Shown: piece by piece, positions 34,335 to 46,981 of the stretch | Layout: each line of letters begins with the position of its first letter | How positions within the stretch are numbered: the stretch's first letter is position 1 | Assembly (NCBI GenBank): GCA_964187785.1 | Contig: OZ076409.1 | Span: 90,274,001 to 90,337,866 of the forward strand | Length of the DNA: 63,866 nucleotides | Reading direction: 5' to 3' | Origin: Amphiscolops sp. MND2022 | Taxonomy: Eukaryota | Program-made: the position numbers and the translations under genes | The notes under the pieces: model-generated | Database searches by the model: none | What the model was told of the DNA's origin: nothing | The model's input: only the letters and a program-made list of their open reading frames with translations

Positions 34335-35045
34335 TCACTCTTCAAAAAATATTAAATTTATCTCAGTATCGGTTAGTTTCATTCTATATTTAAGGTCAAC
34401 AATATCTTTGTATTCATCTATTTTTAAGGAATACACGATATCTTCTCTCGTTGAATAATCTAAATCAGATAAATAACACACACCATCTGATGTCTTTATT
34501 TCTTTTCCGTATTTTTCCAACAAATATTCATCACTAAAATATAAGTACTCATTAAAGATTTGGTCTTTATTTTCAAATGAGTCAAACAATCCTTTGTTGT
34601 ATAATAAGTGAATAGTATCTTTGACTGCTTGATTTTTGCTTTTTTCCAATTCTACAAAAATGTTTCGTTCGAAGTGATTACGTAAAATGACTTGTTGTTC
34701 ATTGGCTTGTTTGACTGCTTCCGAAATAATTTCTTTCTTCTTTTCTAATAATTTATTTTTAATATCTTGTTCTAAATATTTTGAATTTATTTTTATATCT
34801 TCTATACTCTTGTTAATGTCTAAGAATAACTTTGCATTGACTATGATTTGTGTTTCACCGTTGTCAAATATAATTTATTGTAGGTTTCCGAAGGTGCTTT
34901 GCATATCAAAATTTTCTAAATTATTAGACAAATCATTAAGTTTCAAGTTAATTAATTTGGTTTGTGATTCCAATTCTTTTTCAAGATTCTCAATCTTATC
35001 TTTTTGTAAGCTTTCGGCACTATAACCAAATATATGATATGACAT
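34335..35045 (-). pseudogene. Degraded coiled-coil/unknown Polinton ORF
   Basis: 104-aa C-terminal ORF with disrupted upstream coding-like sequence. Confidence 0.4.
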
Positions 35046-35062
35046 TATTTATTTAAAAATAA

Positions 35063-35932
35063 TTACTCATATTGGTGACAAATGTTCATACTTTCTAACG
35101 TTTTGTTGTTAGATTTAAAGTTGAATATACTTCTTAAAAGTTCTTGTTCATAATATTTTCCTTCTATTTGTTCGTTGTTTTCATCTACTAAACCATAGGT
35201 AATTGGGTTACTTGGATTAATTTTATGTATTTTAAAAAGTTCTCTATTCCAATTTGTTGTATAACCTTTACTATATAAATTGCGTTTATCAGGAAATCTT
35301 ACATAGTCTCCCACTTGCAATTTGGGTTGTTTCGGTTTATTAACAAAAGTAGGTGGATCTATTGGTTTATGCGAGGCCAGCTTTGCTGTATTATTAGCTT
35401 CAAAAGGTGTCATTTTTGTTGTACCATGGAAACGATTATTATATTTTTCCATAGCAGTATCTAGATGATTCAACCAACAAGCTTTACCTTCAATATACAT
35501 AGGTTCTTTGATTAGGTTCAAAAGTGTTCTATTGAAACAAAAACAGCCTTCAAATCTGAATTCGTTGAATAAATTTGAATTTCATTTTGTTCAAGAAAAT
35601 CCAAAAATGTTTTTTTTGTAAAACTCTTTACCTCTATCTGACCAAATTTTATCAGGTTTTCTTTTTGCGTTTTCAATAAGACTTCTAAATGCAGTTGTTG
35701 TAGTTTTTCCAGACTTATCTTCAAGAAGAATTGCCCATGCACACTTAGTATGATTGTCAATTTTTGTGAAAATAAACTTGTAGTTTTTGTTGTACTTTTA
35801 TAAGCTAGACCGGTCTATCAGATCAATACTCCAACATTCATCTTTATAGTGAGTTTGTATTTGAATTCTTTGAAACTTTTTGATTTCAGGAGAGAATATT
35901 TCTTTAGCAATTTCTTTCTTCTTTTCTTTCAT
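35063..35932 (-). pseudogene. Retroviral-type (rve) integrase of the Polinton, frameshifted
   Basis: WSIDL, IWSDRGKEF, YNNRFH.TTKMTP, KGYTTNWNRELF. Confidence 0.9.
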
Positions 35933-36157
35933 TTATTTCCTAATAAATGAATAAAAAGTTTTATATAGGTTTATTATGTGTAATTTTTAATACAGTATTA
36001 TATATTTATTGGTTTGATTTCTTAGTATTTTTCTTTGTAAAATCACTAAGCGAATTTACTAAGAGTATATATTCGGGCATTAAGCATATAGGTTACACTT
36101 AAAACATCATGCTCTTAGTGATTTTCTTAGTGCTCTTAGTGATTTTTTACTAAATAA

Positions 36158-37137
36158 ATGAAGTGTATAATTTGTGGAAAAAGTAATGAAAAATCTGTCT
36201 GCTCCGATTGTGAGAATAAAAAAAGATGTAAAGAATGTAATATATTGAAAACAGATTTTTACAAATATAAAAATGGTAAATTGTATTGTACATGTATAGA
36301 ATGTTTCAATAAAAAAGTAATATGTGAATTTTGTAATAAAGAATTCAATAAAACTTATTTATCAAAACATTTAAAAAGATGTATTATCAATCATGATAAT
36401 AATAATTATACAAATAATACCGAAGGTGTTTCGCGTACTATAAATCATAATGATGAAAATCATGAAAATAATATTATAAAGAATAATGATGAAAATACTA
36501 ATGATGAAAATAATACCGGAGGCCAGCAAAGCTGTAATAGAACATTAATAGTTGGCCCATCATTTTGTGGTAAGACTCATTTGCTAATAAATAAATTACA
36601 ATTAATTCGATTATATGATAAAGAAAAAGAAATACGTATAATAACTAGATCTCCAAATCAATATGAAGATTTTGAATTAAATGACACCGAAGGCGCTTTG
36701 CGTATAGTAATAGAAGAATATCTAGAAGATAAAAGTATACAAGATTTTCAAAATTGTTGTGTTGTGTTTGATGATATGTTGGATAGTAATCAAAAACTAA
36801 TAGATCCATTTTTCACTAGAGGAAGACATAATTATTTAGATGTTCATTACTTAGCACAATCATATTTCGATTTGCCTAAACTCACCATACGCAATAATAG
36901 TAATATCATAATTTTATTTCAACAAACCTTGAAAGATGTAGAACACATTTATAGAGATATTGCTGGTTTTGATATGTCTTATGATGAATTCAAAAGTTTG
37001 TGCAGAGAACATGGAAAGAAAAATACAACTATTTATTAATAAACAGGTTAGAAAATAAAAATGGGAGTAGGTATAAAATATGTAATGAATCTAATTCACA
37101 ATACCAGATCTTTAATCCACAAACGGATCCTTTTTAA
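36158..37137 (+). CDS. A32/FtsK-like packaging ATPase with N-terminal Cys-rich region; frameshift near the C-terminus (annotated ORF ends 37039)
   Basis: Walker A GPSFCGKT, Walker B CVVFDD, FTRGRH, LAQSY. Confidence 0.9.
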
Positions 37138-37142
37138 ACAAA

Positions 37143-37331
37143 TTAATCTTTTGAATACATAATTTCTTCTTTTAGGTTCTTCATATCTTTGTCTAGTTTT
37201 TGTCCTAGTTGTTCAAAGCAGTTCCAAATCATTTCTGATAGACTTTCCAACTTTAATTTAAGTTGAAAGTTTTCTATTCTCAATTCTTGAATTTCTTTTT
37301 TCAATTCATTGGATTGAAGATCCATTATCAT
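37143..37331 (-). CDS. Small coiled-coil Polinton ORF
   Basis: 62-aa ORF in a gene-dense region. Confidence 0.45.
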   Translation of the reverse strand: MIMDLQSNELKKEIQELRIENFQLKLKLESLSEMIWNCFEQLGQKLDKDMKNLKEEIMYSKD

Positions 37332-37354
37332 TTATATACAATTTTTAAATTTAA

Positions 37355-38294
37355 TCAAAATGCTGAAACAATATTTTGGTGTTGATTTGTTGTAATACAT
37401 TCATATTCCAGGAGTTGATCTGCAATTGCTATGATTTGTTCACTAAGCCTAGGATTATCATTTCCTCCTACTTTTTCTAACACGATTAATTTAAGTTGAT
37501 CTACAAGTTCATCTGGATCTGATGGAAGGAAAATAAACTTTAATCCACTTCCTTCTTGATAATATGTATTAAACATAGCTTTAATTAAATAATATCTTCT
37601 TGATTTTCTATCTCCATAATTTATATTGTATTTCATATCATTAAAAAAACTGTAAATTATATTGCTATTTTGTGGTAGATTATTGAAGTGTGTATTCGTT
37701 ATAAAATATGAAAGATCCGGATCATTTAAATAGTACGTGTTACCATTCGGGAAAGTCATCGTTGAACCTTTGATTAGTACTTGTTGAGGATCAGTAGGGT
37801 TAATTGTGAATAAATTGGAACTTCCTTCCACGGGTTCTAAACTAAATTGACTTTTGTTGTTGTCATTAAGCAAATTAGAAACTGTCTTAACGATACTAGA
37901 ATCAACTTGGTTTGAGTTAACAAGATCTGTAACAATTTGATTATTACGATTTGTAAATTTATCATATTCTTGTATTCCTTCTTTAACTGATTTATGTAAT
38001 TTTTTTATTAGGAGTATTACTCGATTCTTGTATTGCTCTAGTTTGGCCTTGTATTGCTTGTGTTGTAGTTTGAGTCGAGTCTCGTAGTACTTGTATTTGC
38101 TTTTCGGAAAGTTCTTGTTGTTTAGAAATGTTTTGTTTCTGGTTTTCTGTTACGGGTTCAAAAACTTCTTCCATATCATAGTGAAAGTCTTGCTTCCCTA
38201 GTTTCTCTTTTAATCTTTCAGCTTTCAAAGAAGATTTTGTTTCTTGCAATTTTTTTAATTTTTCTAAATCATCTCGATTATGAATTGAATACAT
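37355..38294 (-). pseudogene. Conserved Polinton protein of unknown function, split into two ORFs
   Basis: C-terminal QEGSGL..FLPSDPDELVDQLKLI..EK.GGN motif recurrent in Polintons. Confidence 0.6.
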
Positions 38295-38343
38295 AGTTTA
38301 TTATTCACAAAAAATAATATTTAATTTACAGCAAGGCTGTAAA

Positions 38344-38740
38344 TCAATGAATTTTACCCAAGTACAGACCTTTTCCTTGATGTACAAATTTTATAATATC
38401 AGGAGCAGTTACGGCAATAAGTTTTGGACTTTTACTTGCTGCTGTACCAATATTAGCTGCGAGTTCTAATGCTCTTCCAGGATTGTTTAAATTTTTCTTT
38501 CCGACACTCTTGGCGGCTTTTCCTAAACCTCGGAAAAAGTCACCTAATCCTTCTGCTTGTATAGTTTGATCTGATACAATTAATGATTTAAGTCTTTTGC
38601 AAGTTGAACAAGTACCTCTTAATAAACTAACAGGTGCTCCTGTTTTTTATTTTGAGTAATATCTCCACGAATATTTGTGGTAGCGGAATAATGTTTTCCA
38701 CCAACACAGTATGAAATATTTTAAATTTACTAAAGCTCAT
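38344..38740 (-). pseudogene. Small virion protein: Zn-ribbon-like N-terminus, amphipathic helix, protease-site-like glycine motifs
   Basis: Hand translation: YCVGGKH..CSTCKR..QAEGLGDFFRGLGKAAK..HQGKGLYLG; frameshifted. Confidence 0.55.
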
Positions 38741-38752
38741 TATTTTTTAAGA

Positions 38753-39791
38753 TTAAATCTTAATAATTTGAATTGTAAATGTTAATGTCTCAACGTTGAA
38801 ATCAACTGGATTGTGGTTGCTATCCTCAAGGGAAAATTGAATACTATCTAACCTTGTTTTGTTTATTTTTTTATATAAATTAATATTGGGTTCTTTTATA
38901 ATTTTATATCCTGGAGGAGCACTAAGATTAAATGAAAATAAAATTTGTTCTCTAATCCCGTTAACATCTGAACCATCTACACAATCACATTTAAGATGAA
39001 CTTTGTCTGTCGTTGTTATCATAACTGGTTTTTCTGATTTATGAGTTCCTGCTGTGTAGTCGGTTTTTGTAAACCCTAAAAGGGTGTTAAGTTCAGAATT
39101 AAAATAAATGGAATTTGAGGTTGTTAAAACTGATTTCATTGATATTGTATCTGCTTCAATATTGAATATAAAATCAGAATAAAAACCACAAGAATTAATA
39201 AATTCTTGTTGGATGGTATTATTTATATCAACTAATTCACATGCTCCTGGTTGTATTTCTATTCCCAAGCAATTAGATACAGATCCAATACCATTAAGAT
39301 CAAGAATATTTGTTTTATCTTTAATATTTTGATTAATTTGATCAATGATTTTCTTTAAATCATCATAATAATTGTTAGGAAATACAACCTTTTCAAATTT
39401 AACATCATTTATAAGTTTTTCAATTTCTTCTATATCAGAGATTCCCTTATTGGAGGTGTCATATAAATTTTTTATCTTTGGTATAAATTCAGTTGCAAAT
39501 TTATATTCTTTTAAGTTTTGTTCTGTAGTAAAAAGTTTAAGTTTTTTATTTGTTTTCAGTAATGTTATATACAGTGTTATATACTTCTAAACTTGTTACT
39601 CTCATCATCCATTGTTCTGGTAAGTCTAGTGGAATATCAAATGAAAAGGATTCTTTTTGTTTATTCATTTTAAACTCTAAAGTTTCTTGTGGTTTAGAAT
39701 GTGTATTTTCAACAATTTCTTGATTAGATTTTGCAATACTCAACAAAAGAGATTCTTTTTTATCATAGGTTACAAAATTTGATAGATCCAT
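38753..39791 (-). pseudogene. Minor capsid protein (penton), frameshifted, with a central insert
   Basis: SLEVYNTVYNITENK; G..EL.DIN; VHLKCDCVDGS.VNG....ILFSF...PPGYKI..EP; VDFN.E. Confidence 0.8.
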
Positions 39792-40018
39792 TTATTAGGA
39801 GAAAAATTGTTTAAATCCACTTGCGGATATCTTATTCATAAATTCTTGGTTTTGTTTTGATAATTTTTTTTGAATTATTACCGAAGGAGCTTTGCTTATG
39901 AATATTATTGTGATTATTTTCATTCTCTGGTTTTTGAATAACTTTAAATTGAGCTGAATAATTATTAATTTTCTTCATTTAAGAAAAAAAATTTTGTTGA
40001 ATTTTTTTCTAAGCTTGC

Positions 40019-40423
40019 TCAATTAAGTTTAAAAGTTTGATAGTATAAATTTAAAACTGCATTTTTGAAGCCTATATTTTGTGTAAGATATAACACATAC
40101 AAACAATAAGCTGCACAATAACTGTCGTCTTTCTGGATTTGATATTCTGAATAGATACCATTATTAATTTGTTTCGTTATATTTAGTGGTGGTGGACAGC
40201 CATATGAATCAAAATAAAACTCGTTAACAAACATAACCCAATGTGTTCCTTTAGTTGGATGTAAGTTAACTATACCACTGGTGGTTATAAATTTATCATC
40301 TCCCATTTATATTCCACAAGATGTGTTCATGAGTTTTAAGATTTCTTTTATTTCTACATTGGAAGTTGCATCATTTTTTAATCCATATTTATTAACAAAT
40401 TCTTTGAATGATAAATAATTCAT
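40019..40423 (-). pseudogene. Adenain-like cysteine maturation protease
   Basis: GTHWV, YFDSYG.PP, IQ..DSYCAAYC; N-terminus interrupted. Confidence 0.88.
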
Positions 40424-41004
40424 TTAATAGTTATTTTTCATCAATTTTGTTAGTTTTTTAGTTGTGAAAAATAACTAATTTTTAGATGGTTTGCCTTGGT
40501 TATTTTTTAACAGTTAGTTGTGAAAAAAACGTTGTTTTTTTACAAAAAAAATAATCAACATTTTTTTCAAAAAAATATTTGACTGGCCCGAATCGGGAAT
40601 TCGTATACTACTGACTATAGTCGATATTTTTCTCTAGAAACGCGCCGACTAAAAATGTTATAGGACAAATGAACCAGCTGTTGAAGACGCTTTTTGGAAA
40701 AAAATGCAAAAAAATCGGTTCAAAAACCAAACAATCATCGGTTTAGGAAAACTTATGTAAAAGCAATTTGCAATTTATTCTTGGAAAAACGTTTATGTAG
40801 AATAGAGAAAAAAGCATGTCGCTCAGTTCTGATATCTATGTACCTGTCTTCAACAATTTAATTCACAAACAACATTCATTCAGTCAGTGTGCTAAACGTT
40901 TGATACAACTAAATGTAGATATTACTTACGCTGAGTTTTGTTCGTGATATTTATATTTTCATAATTGAACATCTCCCTTCCTTACTTCTTATCAGTGTAG
41001 TACA

Positions 41005-43330
41005 TGGCGCAATCAGCATAAAGAACGAGAAAGCATGGCCACTACAAACATACCCAATAAGATCAATAAGATCGCCCCGAATCAAACCACAGTGATAGAA
41101 AGGATGGAGAAAAACAAATTCAAAAGCCCAATTCTTTCGGACATTGGAACGGATCTGACAAAAATGAACCCGAGAAGGTGGTGGGAACAAATCTCAGAAA
41201 ACATTGGCCTCACATACCAGAAAAACCTATATGAATTGATGGACCTTGGAACAACTCTATGGACGCACAAATAACGCACCATATCAAGGGCGATGTCATT
41301 TGGGCATTTGGTCCAAAGGCAAAACATGAGATAATGAGAGGCAAATGGGGTAAAGAATGAAAAACATCAATCTCCAAGAACCACTAAAACTGTTCACCAA
41401 CACGTTTTTCACCAGGAACAATGTATTCTACAGCAGAGCTCATTTTTTCAATATCAAACAAGACACTCCATGAATAGTGGAAAAAACTCGTAGCTATTGA
41501 AAGAAAATGCTAACTTAACAGTACAACAGTTAACAACACTTTAACACAATCACGCCCAAAGAAATCATCACCTAAACATTTACAACCACAATAAACGACA
41601 CGAATGCGCGAGACAAGGTCATCAAAGGACCACTAAAATTACAATTCGTAATGGAGACTATTATACTAGACAACTACAACCGTAAATACGGAGACAAGAA
41701 ATCCAGATTTAAAAAAAATGAGGAAAACGACATCAGGCAGTTCCTCAGACAGAGAGCAAATCGTATAAGCCAACTCAGCACAGAAAAAAAGATCGAACTA
41801 CACGGACAGGATGAAGCGAAATGTCCTAAGATGTCACTTTTGCGGGAAATCAAACTGGACACCGGAACATCCATGCGAAGCACAATGCAACAATTCCAAG
41901 AGAACGGGACATTTTACCAAAGTATGCCAATCGAAGACCGTAAAATGGAAACAAAAAGAAGAAACAGGCAGCAATTGGGATCCATGGTCAGGAATAAAAC
42001 ATATACAACCTACAAACGGCGTCAACCGGATTGATTTACAAAGCGATTCTATTGGTCGAGGGACAGCCAATCGAATTCGTTATTGACACAGGCTCTCCAG
42101 CACAATTATTCCGCCACGAATTACTCCAAACGAAATGCACGAGATGACAAAAAGTTTTGTAGAAGTGAACAAAAACCTAATAAAGTTTAAAGCGAAGCCA
42201 TGGTGAAGTTAAAACCAAAAAGAATAACGAATTGTTGCCAATACTCATTACGGAAAGGCAAACAGCCAATATTGGGACTAAATTGGAAAGACAAGCTTGA
42301 TATCGGTCTACAAAGAAACACAAATACCAACACTATCAGAAATGTGAACAACGACGAAAGACGCTAGAAAATTGCCGGATAATGTGATGATTTATTCAAA
42401 AACAACAACACGTAAAAAGATCTAACAGTAGAAATCCAGCTAAAACAAGACGCCTAACCAATACAACAAAAAGGAAGACCTGTACCTATCCATTTTCAAA
42501 GCACGATTTGACAAGAACTGGATAAACTATTCGAAAAAAGACACCTAGAGAAAGCGGGGAATACAACCGAAAATTGGTTTGTACCTCCCGCTGTGATAAC
42601 CATAAAGAAAGACTAAACTGTTAAAAAGCACTAAACTCTCAAAAACTGAATGGAGCCTGTATCAAAAGAAAACAACGATGCCAAAAATAGAGGAACTAAT
42701 CCGCGAAACCTCGGAGAAAACTACATAGGACAATGGTGAAATATGGATGTCCAAAACCTACTTGGATTATGATTACGGACAAGCGAAAATGTCCAAAGAA
42801 GCATCGAAACATTGTGTGTTTTAAATAATTGGCGGTGATACTACGCGACATAACCGATTTAAAAAGAGTTCAACGGACTGTCGGATATCACCATCGCATT
42901 CCAAGAACACAGTTTCAAAACATTAGAATTCAAAACATCAGTTTGGCCAGACGATATTATCTGTAACCAACGATACTGTTAAACGATAACGAACGCAAAT
43001 TACGGGAAAATTTATCCAATCTACAAAATACTGGATATCGAACGAGTAAAAAACGATTTTTTTCAAAAAAGTTTTGATATGGCTTGGATATCACATAGAT
43101 CAAAACGGAGTGAAACCAGTAAAACACAATTTTTAACACAATCACGTAGTAAAACAGAAGCAATCACTAAAGTGAAAGCCCTCAAAATATTAAGGAACAG
43201 GAATCCTTCTTGGGATCAATTCAACATCTAACCTTATTTATGGATAACCTTTCCAAGAAGACAGATGGTTGGTACTTAACGAAACGAAGAAGAGAGCCGG
43301 ATCGGTAAGCCATGATTGTAAACATTTAAT
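41005..43330 (+). pseudogene. Heavily degraded gypsy-like gag-PR-RT relic
   Basis: CHFCGK..W..EH.C, GHF.KVC, VIDTGS, QQKGRPVPIHF, LDY.YGQ fragments with many stops. Confidence 0.75.
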
Positions 43331-44331
43331 TTTTACGAAAAGGAAACCAACCCCGATGCAATGAAATGCAGAGTCAAAACAATAAGGCCCTAACAGCTGT
43401 TAGAGAAACCGGTCACATCATTACTACGGTGGAAGGAAGGAAATCGACCGCCGGCACGAGTCACACTTTCACCATGATCCCCGTCACAAGAGTCCAAGGA
43501 GTGGCAGACTGACACCGGACATACGGACCATCAAGTGGAAGCGACAGAAAAATCTTCCACATACATAAGAAGCGATGTTGAAAAATACCGCCATCACGGA
43601 AGAATCGGGATGTCACACAGTCACGATGAGACAATGACGCCGCAGATTAACTGCCAAATACAAACATGCCGATGCCAACATCCCCGATGGGATGCAGCAC
43701 TGAACGCACCGTGCGAAAGAACACTCGCGATGTAACTGCTACAAAATCGGGGCCGACAAGAGACCACACCAAGATGAAAAAAAAGGTAATGTAAGTTTAG
43801 AGGTCAGGAGAAAAGAAAAGAAAAAATTGTGAGTTTTGAAGAAGAACCAAACAAGACGCCTGCTTACCAGCAGGATATTTTCTGTCCCAAATGTTCTAGC
43901 AATGACCTATTTTTGAAGCTCAAGAGTAGCCATTGCACTATGAAAACTCGTAGAGGTTCGATCAAAAAAGGTTTGACCCTTTTTGATTTATGTCATGCCA
44001 TTTCAGAAGGGAACACTTCAAGAAAACACCAAACACCTATTTGGTTTTTTGTCAGATTGTGTGTATTCCAAAACCTAACCAAATGATTTTTCTTTAAAAT
44101 TGCGCGAAGTCGCCAAAAACGTCAAAATTTCTACAATTTTGGTTTTTCGACAACTCTGCAGTCAGTTGAGGAACTTTTAAAAAAAACTGTAGATGTCTTT
44201 TCAAAAACGCCTTCTGAATAACAAGTCTAGTCGTTCTTGGATAACAAAATTGCTCTAAACGTTTACAAAAAAGTATATCAAACTTTCAAAACAAAAAATT
44301 GATATTCACTAAATTTCAAGTCGTTCTGACG

Positions 44332-46981
44332 AACTTCGTGCATACAACATTGTTGATTCCTTATTAAAAAATTCTGCATGCCTACTCCAAAAGGTTAGAC
44401 CTCTGGACTATTAAGAAGTTTCGGGAACTTTCAATAGAAATTCACTAACTTGTGGAACAACTGCCAAAACTCTTTTTTCGATTGCTTTGGTGTCGTTTTG
44501 AGGCTCTTCTCTAGCGTTAAACTGCAATTCACCTTCAAAAAACTAAGTGAATAACGCTTTTCTTCGCTGTTGGGGGTTTTCTTTCTTCCAACGATGGAAA
44601 CTTCTCAAAAATTCAGAACTTTGCATAGGAAACGTTGAGTTTAGACTTTGTTTCCGACTCATCAGGGTCCTTTTTGAAGTCCTTTTGAAGCAAAATATTG
44701 CAACTCTCTTCAAAATAGCATACTGCATAGCTAGCGCTTTCGTTTTCGAGTATTTTGAACTTTCCCAGTCACAAAAACTTTCAAAATTTGAACACAAACT
44801 GCAGGAAAAACTACAATTTTGAAGTACTTCTGATGTCAAGCACTGTGATTTTCTCATCAAGAAGAGAAACTACATACCTGATTCTATCGCCTTTGATTGT
44901 TTTGAACCATCTAACTCAACAAATTCCTAAAAGTTGTACCCAAATAACATGAAGAACCTACATAAACTGGAAAATTTTGGGGTTTTCTACAGTTTCTGAG
45001 TCAAATTAAAGCACGTTTGTTACCAGAATTTGGCACTTATCCCATAAAAAAGCCCACCGGACAACGCCTTCAGTTGTTTTTGTCAATTTTGGTCAGAATT
45101 TGATGCATTTTTTCGACACCAATTGCTTTCATCTCTTCCAAGAAGCCTCCACGGCAACTATTTTGTTCCTTTTGGAACGTGTATAACAATCTAAGCCACC
45201 AAGTTTTTCGAAAACTACACAAAAAGTGCATAAACGTTTCAAAAATCTGAATTTTCAAGTATTTTGTCAATTTCGGTCAAACTTTGATGCAATTTTTCAA
45301 CACAAATTGCTTTCATTTCTTCAAGGAAGCCTCCCGGACAACGAATCTTTTTCTTGTTTTTTGTCTTTGACATTCTAAGCCACCAAGTTTTCGAAAAATT
45401 GACAAAAACTGAATAAAATTTTCAAAATTCTGATTTTTTGAGTCTTTTTGTCAATTTGGGTTTGAGTTTGAGGCGTTTTGTCATTTAAAAATTGCATTCA
45501 TTGCTTTGGAAAAGCCTCTTGGATAACAATGTTTTTCTCTTTGGATTGTTTTCAACATTCAAAGCCAGGAAATTTATCAATAATATGACAAAATTGCATA
45601 AAATTGGAAAATTTTGCAGTTTTTACTATTTTTGGGGTCATTTTCGGGTCATTCTCTAACTTCGTGCATACAACATTGTTGATTCCTTATTAAACAATTC
45701 TGCATGCCTACTCCAAAAGGTTAGACCTCTGGACTATTAAGAAGTTTCGGGAACTTTCAATAGAAATTCACTAACTTGTGGAACAACTGCCAAAACTCTT
45801 TTTTCGATTGCTTTGGTGTCGTTTTGAGGCTCTTCTCTAGCGTTAAACTGCAATTCACCTTCAAAAAACTAAGTGAATAACGCTTTTCTTCGCTGTTGGG
45901 GGTTTTCTTTCTTCCAACGATGGAAACTTCTCAAAAATTCAGAACTTTGCATAGGAAACGTTGAGTTTAGACTTTGTTTCCGACTCATCAGGGTCCTTTT
46001 TGAAGTCCTTTTGAAGCAAAATATTGCAACTCTCTTCAAAATAGCATACTGCATAGCTAGCGTTTTCGTTTTCGAGTATTTTGAACTTTCCCAGTCACAA
46101 AAACTTTCAAAATTTGAACACAAACTGCAGGAAAAACTACAATTTTGAAGTACTTCTGATGTCAAGCACTGTGATTTTCTCATCAAGAAGAGAAACTACA
46201 TACCTGATTCTATCGCCTTTGATTGTTTTGAACCATCTAACTCAACAAATTCCTAAAAGTTGTACCCAAATAACATGAAGAACCTACATAAACTGGAAAA
46301 TTTTGGGGTTTTCTACAGTTTCTGAGTCAAATTAAAGCACGTTTGTTACCAGAATTTGGCACTTATCCCACAAAAAAGCCCACCGGACAACGCCTTCAGT
46401 TGTTTTTGTCAATTTTGGTCAGAATTTGATGCATTTTTTCGACACCAATTGCTTTCATCTCTTCCAAGAAGCCTCCACGGCAACTATTTTGTTCCTTTTG
46501 GAACGTGTATAACAATCTAAGCCACCAAGTTTTTCGAAAAGCACACAAAAAGTGCATAAACGTTTCAAAAATCTGAATTTTCAAGTATTTTGTCAATTTC
46601 GGTCAAACTTTGATGCAATTTTTCAACACAAATTGCTTTCATTTCTTCAAGGAAGCCTCCCGGACAACGAATCTTTTTCTTGTTTTTTGTCTTTGACATT
46701 CTAAGCCACCAAGTTTTCGAAAAATTGACAAAAACTGAATAAAATTTTCAAAATTCTGAATTTTTGAGTCTTTTTGTCAATTTGGGTTTGAGTTTGAGGC
46801 GTTTTGTCATTTAAAAATTGCATTCATTGCTTTGGAAAAGCCTCTTGGATAACAATGTTTTTCTCTTTGGATTGTTTTCAACATTCAAAGCCAGGAAATT
46901 TATCAATAATATGACAAAATTGCATAAAATTGGAAAATTTTGCAGTTTTTACTATTTTTGGGGTCATTTTCGGGTCATTCT
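44332..46981. repeat. Tandem duplication of a 1,326-bp unit (44332-45655 and 45658-46981), near identical
   Basis: Duplicated ORFs offset by 1326; about 4 substitutions seen. Confidence 0.95.

Larger units (their letters stand above)
27446..40612. mobile_element. Polinton/Maverick (adintovirus-like) endogenous virus, 13,167 bp, decayed
   Basis: ~170-bp imperfect TIRs beginning AG(A/T)AGTATACGAATTCCCG; pPolB, capsids, integrase, ATPase and protease present. Confidence 0.95.

Noticed and set aside
44543..46596. Duplicated ORFs suggesting a gene pair
   Set aside because: By-product of the non-coding tandem duplication
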